From positions 158,980 to 222,979 of the forward strand of contig OZ220734.1 of the NCBI GenBank assembly GCA_965116945.1: DNA of 64,000 bases. The letters run 5' to 3'. The stretch comes from Dehalococcoidia bacterium (GTDB lineage Bacteria > Chloroflexota > Dehalococcoidia > Plut-88900). Below, piece after piece: positions 9,109 through 18,549 of the stretch. Below the pieces are notes generated by a model. The model was given only the letters and a program-made list of their open reading frames with translations. It was not told the DNA's origin and ran no database searches. Numbering within the stretch: position 1 is the first letter of the stretch; each line of letters opens with the position of its first letter. A program made the position numbers and the translations under genes.

Positions 9109-11403
9109 TTGAATGGCACAAGAGCATGGGCGAGGACAATCAACAGTCATAGGAGTGATTCAGTGGCGCGAGCGTTTGTCACATACTCACATAAGGATTC
9201 GGAATTCGTGGATCAGTTGGTAACCGACCTCGAGAGTTCGGCTCTGGCTTTGGTATTCGACAAACGGATATTGCACCCAGGAGATTCGCTGCTGACAATT
9301 TTTGAAGAGATCAGCACAGTTGATTTCTTGTTGGTGGTGCTGTCGCCACATTCAGTGGAGAGTAACTGGGTTCAGAAAGAACTCTCGACGGCAGTAGTTA
9401 GAGAAATCGAAGATTCGGGCTTCAAAATCGTCCCTATTGTCAAGGAACGCTGCGAGCTGCCTCAGGGTTTGAAGCAAGCATTGTTAGACAAATACCATGC
9501 CCGGTTTCATGATAGAGAGTATGAAGAGGTCGTGAAGGAGATTCTGCAAACTCTTTCTGCACCCAACGACGCAAGAGATTTGTATTCTGAGTTTCAAGGG
9601 GTGTCTAGTGACAACCCATTCCGACGTGTCAGAGCTGAGCATTTTGAGAATATCAGTACACTTGCTCGGTCTTATTCTGAACCTGAGGCTGCCCGATACG
9701 AGCGAATAGTCGAGACGAAGCCTGTCCTTCTAGAAGGCGGCAGAGGGTCTGGCAAGACGATGACCCTGAAATCGATGCTCCCCCAAGCTCTGATTTCACG
9801 CCACGGCCAAAGTAGGCTAGACGAGACGAATGTCACCTACCTTGGCGTCTACCTTCGTTTTGTTCCGGGGTCTTTTGCGACGCAGGAACAAACAATCGAA
9901 GAGATTGTTGGCAAGAACCGCTGCATCAAGTTGTTCTTGACAGAGACGATCCTCAAATTGACATACGCGTTAGTGGAAGAGCTCCAATCTTGTGCCCAGG
10001 CAGGTGTGGTCCAAGCAACAAGTGCGCAAGAACGCCAGTTCGTATCTGAAGTCGCATATATCATCAGGCCATCCACGCCCAACGAACCAAAGATGACAAC
10101 ACTCGCTGATCTAACAGGATCGTTGTCTCGTGAGATGCGGTTCATTGTCGACTACGTGAGCCGTCGGATCTTCGGAGAAGACCGAAAATACGAAGGAGTG
10201 TTCCTTGGTATCGAAGACTTGAAACGTATCTGTCGCGCTTCAGTAACTACCTACCTGGCAAAGCCTGGGACGACAGTCTATTTCCTGTTGGATGAATTTG
10301 AGAATCTTCTGGCTTTCCAGAAAGTGGTTACGAATAGCATTCTCAAGGCCAGCGAGGCCGGACACTATTCAGTAAAAATAGCTACAAAAAAAGCTGCTCT
10401 GACAACATCGGAGACTCTAGAGGGGCAGGAGATTGAAGAACCACATGACTATTCTTCGGTTGATGTTGACTATAACCTCTCTGATGATCAAGAGCGTCGC
10501 TACTACAAGCAGCTATTGACCACGATCTGTTCGCGTATCCTGTCTCATGAGAGATTCAGAGAAACAGACATCGACAAGATGCTAGAGCCTCCGCTTGAAT
10601 GGGATGGCTTGGAAAGAGAGGATCTTGATAAGGAGATGGCTTTGGTGTACGGGTGTCGCCAGTTGACAGATGAAGACCGCCACAGATTAGGACATGCTGC
10701 CGTCTATAGATTGCTTCACCAAGGCGGACGTAGAAGGAAACAATTCTCAGGTTTTGATGATCTGGCCACTCTTTCGTCCGGAATAATCAGACTCTTTCTA
10801 GAGCTGGCCGGCCTATCCTATCATTTTGCCGTGCAAGAAGGGATTGATGTGAGGAGAGGACAGCCTATCGGTCGTGGCAACCAAACCAACGCAGCATATG
10901 CCCTATCAGACTATTACCTGACGACTATCAGGAATAATGTGGCTACCGTTGGGCCTAAGATTCAACAGCTTGTGATTGACTTAGGCGACATCTTTCGGGC
11001 GAAACTGCTTAAGCATAACAGTGAGCCAGAAGGCGCTCGTTTGGCCATCCATGATCCACATCGGCTAGAAGAGCCAGCTTCTAGGGACGCCAGAGCAGTG
11101 TTGACTCAAGCTGTTATTCACTCAGTCTTTCAGAATCCCTCTCGTCGAGGTGGAATGCGGCCTAAACACGTTACCGACGTTCAGCCTCAGGAGTTTATCC
11201 TCAATCGAGTCTATAGTCCCAGCCTCGCGATTTCGCCGCGGTCTAGGTGGCGAACACGGATGAGCACAGATGACCTGCTTGGGCTCATGGATCCGCTCCT
11301 TCGACAGAGTACCAAGTCAAGATTGACACGACTTGCGAGTGGTTCGCCTACGGGTGGGTCTGATTCCCTGCAATCAGAATTCCCTCTGGAGGCTGAATCA
11401 TGA
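9109..11403 (+). CDS. TIR domain fused to a P-loop NTPase (ORC/AAA-like) with a large C-terminal region
   Basis: TIR: AFVTYSHKDSEFVDQLVTDLE ... ILHPGDSL ... LLVVLSPHSVESNWVQKEL (conserved Glu present). Walker A LEGGRGSGKTMTLKS. Walker B VYFLLDEFENL. The likely true start is GTG 9163, preceded by AGGAG (9151-9155). Confidence 0.75.
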   Translation: MNGTRAWARTINSHRSDSVARAFVTYSHKDSEFVDQLVTDLESSALALVFDKRILHPGDSLLTIFEEISTVDFLLVVLSPHSVESNWVQKELSTAVVREIEDSGFKIVPIVKERCELPQGLKQALLDKYHARFHDREYEEVVKEILQTLSAPNDARDLYSEFQGVSSDNPFRRVRAEHFENISTLARSYSEPEAARYERIVETKPVLLEGGRGSGKTMTLKSMLPQALISRHGQSRLDETNVTYLGVYLRFVPGSFATQEQTIEEIVGKNRCIKLFLTETILKLTYALVEELQSCAQAGVVQATSAQERQFVSEVAYIIRPSTPNEPKMTTLADLTGSLSREMRFIVDYVSRRIFGEDRKYEGVFLGIEDLKRICRASVTTYLAKPGTTVYFLLDEFENLLAFQKVVTNSILKASEAGHYSVKIATKKAALTTSETLEGQEIEEPHDYSSVDVDYNLSDDQERRYYKQLLTTICSRILSHERFRETDIDKMLEPPLEWDGLEREDLDKEMALVYGCRQLTDEDRHRLGHAAVYRLLHQGGRRRKQFSGFDDLATLSSGIIRLFLELAGLSYHFAVQEGIDVRRGQPIGRGNQTNAAYALSDYYLTTIRNNVATVGPKIQQLVIDLGDIFRAKLLKHNSEPEGARLAIHDPHRLEEPASRDARAVLTQAVIHSVFQNPSRRGGMRPKHVTDVQPQEFILNRVYSPSLAISPRSRWRTRMSTDDLLGLMDPLLRQSTKSRLTRLASGSPTGGSDSLQSEFPLEAES

Positions 11404-12359
11404 GGAGCGGGACGATTCGGCAATTGACATCACTGAAGCCCACAGTCGAGGGGCAAACAGAAGTCTTCATAGGGTGCGCTAGTTTTGAAGATCGATGTTT
11501 GGGCGTGCTCAGTTTGATGGCGCCAGATCATCGGTTTGACCATAGTTTTCTCTGTGTCTATGACGACTTCAGTGAAGCCAGGCGGACAAATGTCAAGACT
11601 ATGACAGAATCGCTCAAGGCACACGGTCCCTTGAGCGTACTCGACGCCTCGGAGGAGAATCCCTCGCGGTCAATTGCGGAGTTGCTGACACAAGTTCGCG
11701 CCATAGTGTCAAGATCGGGGGCTAGAGTCACTCTGGACATATCTACATTTACGAAACGGCACCTCTTGCTCTTGTTGCATGGTCTAGACGACGCAGGCAT
11801 ATGGGATTCACTTAGGATTCTCTACACCGAGCCTAAAGAGTACGTTGTTGACATGTACGTCCCCATGTCTATGGGAATCAAGGAGGTAGCACCTATCCCT
11901 ACTTTCACTAATCTAAGGCCTTCGGACAAGCCCGTCCTACTAGTGATCATGCTCGGGTATGAAGGTGATAGAGCGATGGCCTTATTCCAATCCATCGAAC
12001 CTAACGAAACGATGCTCTTAGTACCTAAGCCTGCGTATAGGCCCGAGTGGGAGGGGCGAACCGAGGAGCTCAACAACCAGCTAGTCACACTCTTAGGCGA
12101 AGATTCTATAGCCTATGCTGACTCTCGGGATCCTGTTCAGGTGAAGACTGCCTTAGGCAGCATTCTGGGCACTCGCTATCCGACAAAGGACTGGACTTGT
12201 TTGGTTTCGCCGTTAGGGACGAAACCTCAAACTGTAGGCCTCTATTGCTTTTGGCGGGAGAATCCTGACTCCTGCGCGGTTGTTTATGCGCAACCCCTAA
12301 AGCACAATGAAAGATATTACTCTATGGGCTCGGGCCCGACATGGGAGCTAGGAAATTGA
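11400..12359 (+). CDS. Hypothetical protein (319 aa), middle gene of the TIR-ATPase/methylase operon
   Basis: ATGA overlap with the upstream gene. Its stop overlaps the ATG of the methylase (TGATG). The internal pattern GCASFEDRCLGV / LGYEGDRAMAL suggests a duplicated alpha/beta fold. A possible hhhD...ExK element is VTLDIS ... ILYTEPK. Confidence 0.6.
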   Translation: MRSGTIRQLTSLKPTVEGQTEVFIGCASFEDRCLGVLSLMAPDHRFDHSFLCVYDDFSEARRTNVKTMTESLKAHGPLSVLDASEENPSRSIAELLTQVRAIVSRSGARVTLDISTFTKRHLLLLLHGLDDAGIWDSLRILYTEPKEYVVDMYVPMSMGIKEVAPIPTFTNLRPSDKPVLLVIMLGYEGDRAMALFQSIEPNETMLLVPKPAYRPEWEGRTEELNNQLVTLLGEDSIAYADSRDPVQVKTALGSILGTRYPTKDWTCLVSPLGTKPQTVGLYCFWRENPDSCAVVYAQPLKHNERYYSMGSGPTWELGN

Positions 12360-13618
12360 TGGGATGCTCCCAGACTATTGACCCGCAGCCGATAAATCTG
12401 AAGTATCGATCTGGTGTCATGCTTGATGGAGTGTCGAGGCGACTTCATCGGCTAGACAAATACCCCGCAAAAATGATCCCCCACATGGCGAGATTTCTGA
12501 TAGAAAGGGTATCCGAACCAGGGGATACCGTCTTGGACCCCTTTTGCGGCACGGGAACAGTAGTGCGTGAAGCGATCGCGCTCACTCGCAATGCCATAGG
12601 ACTTGATGCCAATCCGCTAGCCACACTCTTCACTCGAGCAAAGGTAGGGTGCTACTCTCGGGTTCTGTTGGAGCAACAATTGGCAGAGCTCTTGGAGTCA
12701 TTCAAAGCCGAAACGACCACTCACGTCCTGACGTTTCCAAACGCAGAATACTGGTTCACTCCAGCGACTCTACGAAAATTGGGAATCATTCGCTCAACTC
12801 TAGACTGCCTGTCCCAACAGCTACCAGGACCTTATCCTGACTTCTGGCGTGCCGTGCTAGCGTCTATTGTTCGTCAGTCAAGTAGAGCGGACACGCGAGG
12901 TCCCAAACCCTTCATCTCGAGACATGCTCGCGAGAGTCGAGTGGGAAAACATTTCGACCCATTCAAGTTGTTTGCCAGTGCTGCCGAGGCTCGGATAGAG
13001 TTGCTGACCGGAAAGGGCAGTAATTTAGGCTACTGCCACGCGGAAGTGATAGACGGTAATGCCAAGAAACTACCTATTAGCATGAGTTCAACTCGTGTCG
13101 ATGCGGTTGTGACATCTCCTCCGTACCTAAACGCCCAAGACTACTACAGATCCTGCAAGCTAGAACTGTGGATTGTTGGACTCCTTGGGCTGGATGCAAA
13201 CAAGAAGTGGGCACGGGATGATCTGATAGGAAGTGACAGAATTCCAATTGACCGACACTTGTTCGACCTTCCAATGCCTTCGCCTACGAGTCAAGCTGCG
13301 AGGGCGAGTCTAGTTTCGATTAATCCGAAGAGCGCGTGCGTTTTGACCAGATATACCTTGGATATGGCTACTGTCCTTTCTCAAATAAGACAAGTCCTGA
13401 AACCCGGGGGCCACTTTGCATTGGTCTCAGGAGACAACACTCTTTCCAGCATTCCGATTCTAACCCACGATATTATCACTGAACTCGCATTGAGTTTAGG
13501 CTTCCAGCTAAAACATCACTATGTAGACGCCATTCGGGATCGATGGGTACCTCCTTCCCGTAATGGCCACAACGGAATGATCCTTAATGATCACATACAA
13601 ATCTTCCAGACACCCTAG
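12341..13618 (+). CDS. SAM-dependent DNA methyltransferase (N6-adenine/N4-cytosine type)
   Basis: Motif I VLDPFCGTGTVVREA comes about 190 aa before motif IV VVTSPPYLNAQDY. YPAKMIPHM lies N-terminal. The ATG at 12359 overlaps the upstream stop and is the more likely start. Confidence 0.8.
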   Translation: MGARKLMGCSQTIDPQPINLKYRSGVMLDGVSRRLHRLDKYPAKMIPHMARFLIERVSEPGDTVLDPFCGTGTVVREAIALTRNAIGLDANPLATLFTRAKVGCYSRVLLEQQLAELLESFKAETTTHVLTFPNAEYWFTPATLRKLGIIRSTLDCLSQQLPGPYPDFWRAVLASIVRQSSRADTRGPKPFISRHARESRVGKHFDPFKLFASAAEARIELLTGKGSNLGYCHAEVIDGNAKKLPISMSSTRVDAVVTSPPYLNAQDYYRSCKLELWIVGLLGLDANKKWARDDLIGSDRIPIDRHLFDLPMPSPTSQAARASLVSINPKSACVLTRYTLDMATVLSQIRQVLKPGGHFALVSGDNTLSSIPILTHDIITELALSLGFQLKHHYVDAIRDRWVPPSRNGHNGMILNDHIQIFQTP

Positions 13619-13939
13619 TAGGTTTACGAAAAAGCCCAATCGCGGCAGATGCGATGTGGAGTACACCTGATAGACAACCGATAGCCGTTAAATATCAGGC
13701 TTAGTCAACCTAGTTCCTTTTGGGGAAGCTGCCAAACCACCGTTTATCGTCAGCGGAGTTTCCACGTATGGCATCCTGAGACGTTTGAACACCCAGTCAG
13801 CGCGCGTGACCGCTGCTAGCAGTCTTGACCTATAGACAGGTCAGCCGCAGGTAGGGTTTTGAAATTCTCATGGAGAGACTCAAAGTCGGATCAATGGTCT
13901 CCACGGACATGGAGTGCAATTAGCACCCTTGAGTTCCAA

Positions 13940-14092
13940 CTCCGGCCCCTAGCAACTCTAATCACAGGCGACGTTGCCCAACCATCGTTGATTGAGTACA
14001 TCCTGGCTGAAACCGCGAACTACGGTGCGGTGATCACCCGACGCATCTATGGTGACTGGACGACTCCATTGACGTCTGGATGGATGGTGTAA
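13940..14092 (+). pseudogene. Remnant of an NYN/LabA-like domain gene
   Basis: LATLITGDVAQPSLIEYILAETANYGAVITRRIYGDWTTPLTSGW resembles the N-terminal half of NYN/LabA proteins (the ..RxYGDW.. motif), but the frame stops directly afterwards. Confidence 0.35.
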
Positions 14093-14193
14093 ACCGAAGC
14101 CGTCGGCGAACTGACTCGGGCAACAGTCACCTATAGACTGGGGCTTGTGGTACGTTTTCATTCTATTTCTCGTTGACTAGATCGAATACCCCG

Positions 14194-16572
14194 TCACTCC
14201 GATCCTGCCATCTCGTATGCTAGGACACCGAACTCGTCGTATTCTTGTTCCTCGTAGTATTGACGCGGCTCCTTGCCTTCCACCGAGAGTTCTTGGAGTC
14301 GGTTATCAGATTGCATCCCGCCTGCTATGAGAGCATCTCTCAGGGCCTCGTCGGAGTCGCCGAGGTTTTTTCCCATCGCCCTGCCGACCATTTCGAGCAT
14401 TGCTTTGCCTCTACACATGAAAAATGTTGGGAAATCGTCTTCTTCCAGTATTCGCGTGTCAAGGAGGTGAGTGTATAGAATGTCTTCGAGGTTATTGGCT
14501 ACGCTTTGGGCTCTAAGCCTTGGGAGGTAGGAGGAGGGTGCATTGCCACCTATTATCCTGTTGGTAGAGGCGTCCACCAGCGTCCGATTAATGATGGAGT
14601 TGTATAGCCTGCTTGGAATGCGCGAGTCCTTACACCATGGTATGGGGAAAATGTGGTGGATGTCGATGTTCTTGTCCAAACAGTGGACGATGCCGAGCGG
14701 TGATCCGCTCATCCAGTCGGATGCGCCGTTTTTCATGAGGAGGGCATAGAGCCCCTTGTAGGCTGCGCTGCTCCTTGATCTCAGGTTGATAATCCGCTGC
14801 GGGGCGAAGGTTGCTTCCAAAACGGTGTTCGGTATGATGCCTTCCCGGACATACCTTGTGACTTCCTGCATGTCCTGTTCAGCCCGGGTTTCTGCATTGC
14901 TAGCGTATTGCTCTCCAAAAACACCACTCCAGTACCAGCGTTCTAGCCTACTCTTGGCGATTGCTGAGTTGAGCTCTTCCTCCAATTCTACGTGAAGTGC
15001 CGCTAGGGGGATTATCTGGGCTGTGTAGGGCACGTCTTTCTGCTTGAACACATACTGGGTTTGCAAGTATTCGGCTGCTCGAATAAATCCCTGTTCTGTT
15101 CTGTCCGACCAGTTTCGGTAATCGGCTACTGTCAGGTTCAGAACGTCTCTCCTCTTGCGGCTCACGCTAGGTGCTCGGATTTCCGGTATCCCCGCTGCTA
15201 TGGCCTGTTTGCGGTCTTCAAAGGACTTGAGCAGGCTTATAGTCTGCAGGAAGTGGTCTCCTTGAATACCCTGCAGAGTTCCGGCAAATGAGTACATTCT
15301 TTCCTTACGGTCTTCCCAGTCGTCTTTAAGAGAGAATGTCTCGGTATCGCAGGCAAAAGATGCAGCTTTGAGTTCGAAGACGTTAAGTGCGACACCGCTT
15401 GTGTTCATCTTTTCGAATACTGTGCATACTGCTTCCATGGATGTGTCTTGGTCCAGTGCGATCAACGGCAACTGATATTCGTTGAAGTTTCCAATTATCG
15501 ATTCTTCAAACCGCTTGAAACACCTGAACGGATTTCCGAATGGATGGGGTTCATTGGAGCGTTCCCAGTATTGGATGTACCCGGTGGCCCACTTCAATGG
15601 GTCCATTAGTGTCTCGGTCGGAATCAAGTGATTCTGGTACTCGAAGTGCGATGTGCATAGGTCTTGCACTTCCAGCTCGTGATCGGTAACGCTAGCGGCA
15701 AGGAGATTATCGGGCATTGACACCAACAGATCCCCACGGCCTATGTTAGGGTCGATTCCGGCCATTATGTTCATGTAATATCGGAGCTTTATCGGCTGGT
15801 TAAGGCTGTCACGAGTATTGACGGGTCCCGGGTGCCGAAGGGCCTGATAGAGGGACGTCAGCCTTTGCTGGCCGTCCAGTAGGAACATATCCGGCTTATC
15901 GTTTGACCTGATTTCCGCGCCTTCTATGGGACGCGTCTTGAAAGCGACGTTGCCTCCTGCAGTGAGGCCTAAGATGGCCCCGATGGGAAACATGTTGGAT
16001 ATGCTGACGAGCAGGTCTTTTATCCGTTCATCGTCCCATACCCAGCTTCGCTGGAAGTCGGGGAGTTGGATTTTGCCGTTGTCCATGTCGTCAAGCAAGT
16101 CTTTGAGTAAAACCGGGTTAGTCATGAACGTTGCTCTGCTTCGGCCGCCACTCCCTGCATCCATGATATTGATTTTGCTGTCTTGATTAGGCCGTTCGGT
16201 TGTTACCGGTCGACTGGAATGATCCTCTTTTTCGATATCGAACCGTAAGAGATAGTAGCCACTCTCTGGCATATCTTCGGTTATTACCAGGGGCGAAACC
16301 TGTTTCTCTAGTTCGATCGTTTCGGTTTCGACACCGATCCTTGTCTTGTACCACTCTCCGTTGGGTGCAGTCATCATCAGAGATCGCAGGTCTATGCGTC
16401 CCGCTTTGAACTCAATTAATGCCTCTTCCTCGACGGGAGCTATCTTGTATTCGGAACCTGTTTCGTATTCTCCGTCGTGTACGGCGATATATTTGCGTCC
16501 TTGACGGTCCTTTGCTGCAAAAAGAACATCGCAATCGTAAAACTGAAGCGTCTCTGTGTGAGTCACTATCAT
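14194..16572 (-). CDS. GmrSD-family type IV restriction-like enzyme (DUF262 + DUF1524) with a ~160-aa N-terminal extension
   Basis: DUF262: IQLPDFQRSWVWDDERIKDLLVSI and LLDGQQRLTSL. DUF1524 HNH-like: DIHHIFP ... NRTLVDASTNRIIGGNAPS. Confidence 0.85.
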   Translation of the reverse strand: MIVTHTETLQFYDCDVLFAAKDRQGRKYIAVHDGEYETGSEYKIAPVEEEALIEFKAGRIDLRSLMMTAPNGEWYKTRIGVETETIELEKQVSPLVITEDMPESGYYLLRFDIEKEDHSSRPVTTERPNQDSKINIMDAGSGGRSRATFMTNPVLLKDLLDDMDNGKIQLPDFQRSWVWDDERIKDLLVSISNMFPIGAILGLTAGGNVAFKTRPIEGAEIRSNDKPDMFLLDGQQRLTSLYQALRHPGPVNTRDSLNQPIKLRYYMNIMAGIDPNIGRGDLLVSMPDNLLAASVTDHELEVQDLCTSHFEYQNHLIPTETLMDPLKWATGYIQYWERSNEPHPFGNPFRCFKRFEESIIGNFNEYQLPLIALDQDTSMEAVCTVFEKMNTSGVALNVFELKAASFACDTETFSLKDDWEDRKERMYSFAGTLQGIQGDHFLQTISLLKSFEDRKQAIAAGIPEIRAPSVSRKRRDVLNLTVADYRNWSDRTEQGFIRAAEYLQTQYVFKQKDVPYTAQIIPLAALHVELEEELNSAIAKSRLERWYWSGVFGEQYASNAETRAEQDMQEVTRYVREGIIPNTVLEATFAPQRIINLRSRSSAAYKGLYALLMKNGASDWMSGSPLGIVHCLDKNIDIHHIFPIPWCKDSRIPSRLYNSIINRTLVDASTNRIIGGNAPSSYLPRLRAQSVANNLEDILYTHLLDTRILEEDDFPTFFMCRGKAMLEMVGRAMGKNLGDSDEALRDALIAGGMQSDNRLQELSVEGKEPRQYYEEQEYDEFGVLAYEMAGSE

Positions 16573-16955
16573 GGCACTATCCTACAGTTAGCGACCGGAT
16601 CGAAGTCTTTCATAGGCCACCATGTTTGGTGTCCGTCTTCTTCCTCTGGGTTGAGCTTCCCTGCCCCAGGGGTTAAGGTCAGTTCTCCGATGTTCTTCCA
16701 CCGACCATTTCGGTTCAATGGTCCCTCGAATAGTGTTTTGGCCGCATCAAGATTGGCAAAAAGGGACACCCCGTTCTGCTCGCATGGTGTCCTCTCTGAG
16801 TGGTCGTTAGGGCTTCCCTTCCTGTGGACATACGAATAAAAGTCTGATTCTTGAGCTTCGTCCCCTTCCACTAGCCTGTACTTTAGAGTCGGATTTTGAA
16901 TTTCCTGCGCGGTATCGGGTGGGCATCCCGCCGGAAGTGCCTCTCTAAATTCCAA
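16569..16955 (-). CDS. Small hypothetical protein (128 aa), translationally coupled to the GmrSD-like gene
   Basis: ATGA overlap at 16569-16572. TTG start with GGAG about 10 nt upstream and a stop codon immediately upstream in frame. No recognisable domain. Confidence 0.55.
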   Translation of the reverse strand: MEFREALPAGCPPDTAQEIQNPTLKYRLVEGDEAQESDFYSYVHRKGSPNDHSERTPCEQNGVSLFANLDAAKTLFEGPLNRNGRWKNIGELTLTPGAGKLNPEEEDGHQTWWPMKDFDPVANCRIVP

Positions 16956-18549
16956 TTATATCTCCAGCGATAATCCTCGGGGCCGAACGGCAGTCTCCGT
17001 CCACCTATTCCATAGCGCTTGGTAAGAAGGGATTTTTGCATCTATTGGCTCCCTGTGCGGGGAGAACTTGGGGCTTTTGCCTAACTCATTGTTGGTGGGA
17101 TTATTTCTGCAGGACTAGAGACCGTCAAATCCCTCGGCGAGTTGATAGCCCCGGTTACCTTTCCTTGTAGCAGTAGCGTCCCGGTCCTAGTGTATTACAG
17201 ACTAACATCCGCCGCTGATTCTTTGGCAGTCAGATATGAGTGTGCAGTGGTCATTGCGAGGCTACTCCATAGTGATGACGAAATTTACTGTATCAGGTGT
17301 TACCTACTTAAGGCAATGAAGTCTGAATGGCTTGGGTTAGTCTTCTCGAGAATTGCAGCGCTAAGGCAACCGGCCGATTATATCGTGGGAAGTCCTACAT
17401 TAGAAATCGACACCCCGACTTCTACACCCTCCATGCCAATCGCTATTGGAAGGTGAATCCAGGTCTCGGCGGGCTTTATGCGTTGAGGTCTAAAGCGATG
17501 CTCGCCCAGTTGAATACTTACAATCTAGCGACTTGCTTTTGGACTGCGGTGCAGGTCACCCTTCTGGTAGATAGGGCTTACCTCCTGCCATATTCTGTAA
17601 CGATTTGAGTTGGTTCTTGCGAGTCGTGGTTCTTCCTCAGCAAAACTGCCAGTTTGACTCAGCCTCCTATCGTTTGGTAGAGCATTCGATTCCACGACTC
17701 AGTGAACCTGCGAAGTGAGGTCAGACTGGAAGACAGCACTGGTCTACCTACAAGTCCGAACCTTCAGACCCGACTAGTATTCTCCTAAATTTCGATACGT
17801 CCGGTCACGTGGGCTTCTCCCTGCCAAGAGTCCACAATGCAATACGACACAGTTCCCCTAGTCTCATGCGAACCGGTCAGACTCCTTAGTTGATTGTGGT
17901 GGCGTTGCCTAGAGAGAAACCTCCCAACGAAAAGTTCGCAGTACAGTACGCGGTGGCCCGGTTGCTCGGACCAGATTGTGTACATTGCCTCCCAGATTAT
18001 GTTGCAATCCACTCTTCCGAATGTGGGTCATAGGCGTTGACCCATTTTGGCCGTAGATCAGGACGATCGGTTCCCCTATTTCGCACGGACTCCGATTTTC
18101 AGCGGGGCGCTGAAAGAAATTCCCCCTTTGCAACCCCATCAAGTAGAGAGGGGGGATGTCCCATCCCCCCTCTTCCCCTCCCCGTACATAAGATTTATAT
18201 AAAAGAATCAGGCCATTGTCATGCCCTCAGGGGATCGACTTGAGAGGTCTGCGAAATGGAGACGTGAAGTTTAGACGGGAGAAAGGCGGGAAGGAGAGAG
18301 ATATCGGAGGCAGCTGGAGTGGCCCGACAAGCAGAACGCGGCCTGAAGGGAGAGAGCGCCATTCCAGCGAAGTCTGTACGAAGGGAAATGCCAATGCCGT
18401 TGCAAAACCCTACTATGCAACAGAACCATTTTATCAAGTCTGGTGGGCCTATTTTGACGATAGACAGAACCGTCTTCGAGTTGTGGCTGGGCGGACTGTA
18501 GCCGCTATGCAGTCTACAGGGAAAGCGCGTTCTCCGTGTTCGGAGTCCC

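Noticed and set aside
16956-18215. Small ORFs 17142..17456, 17327..17608, 17785..18012, 17909..18142 and 18037..18243
   Set aside because: They are overlapping and motif-free with no start context. They are treated as non-coding spacer between the GmrSD module and the high-GC block.
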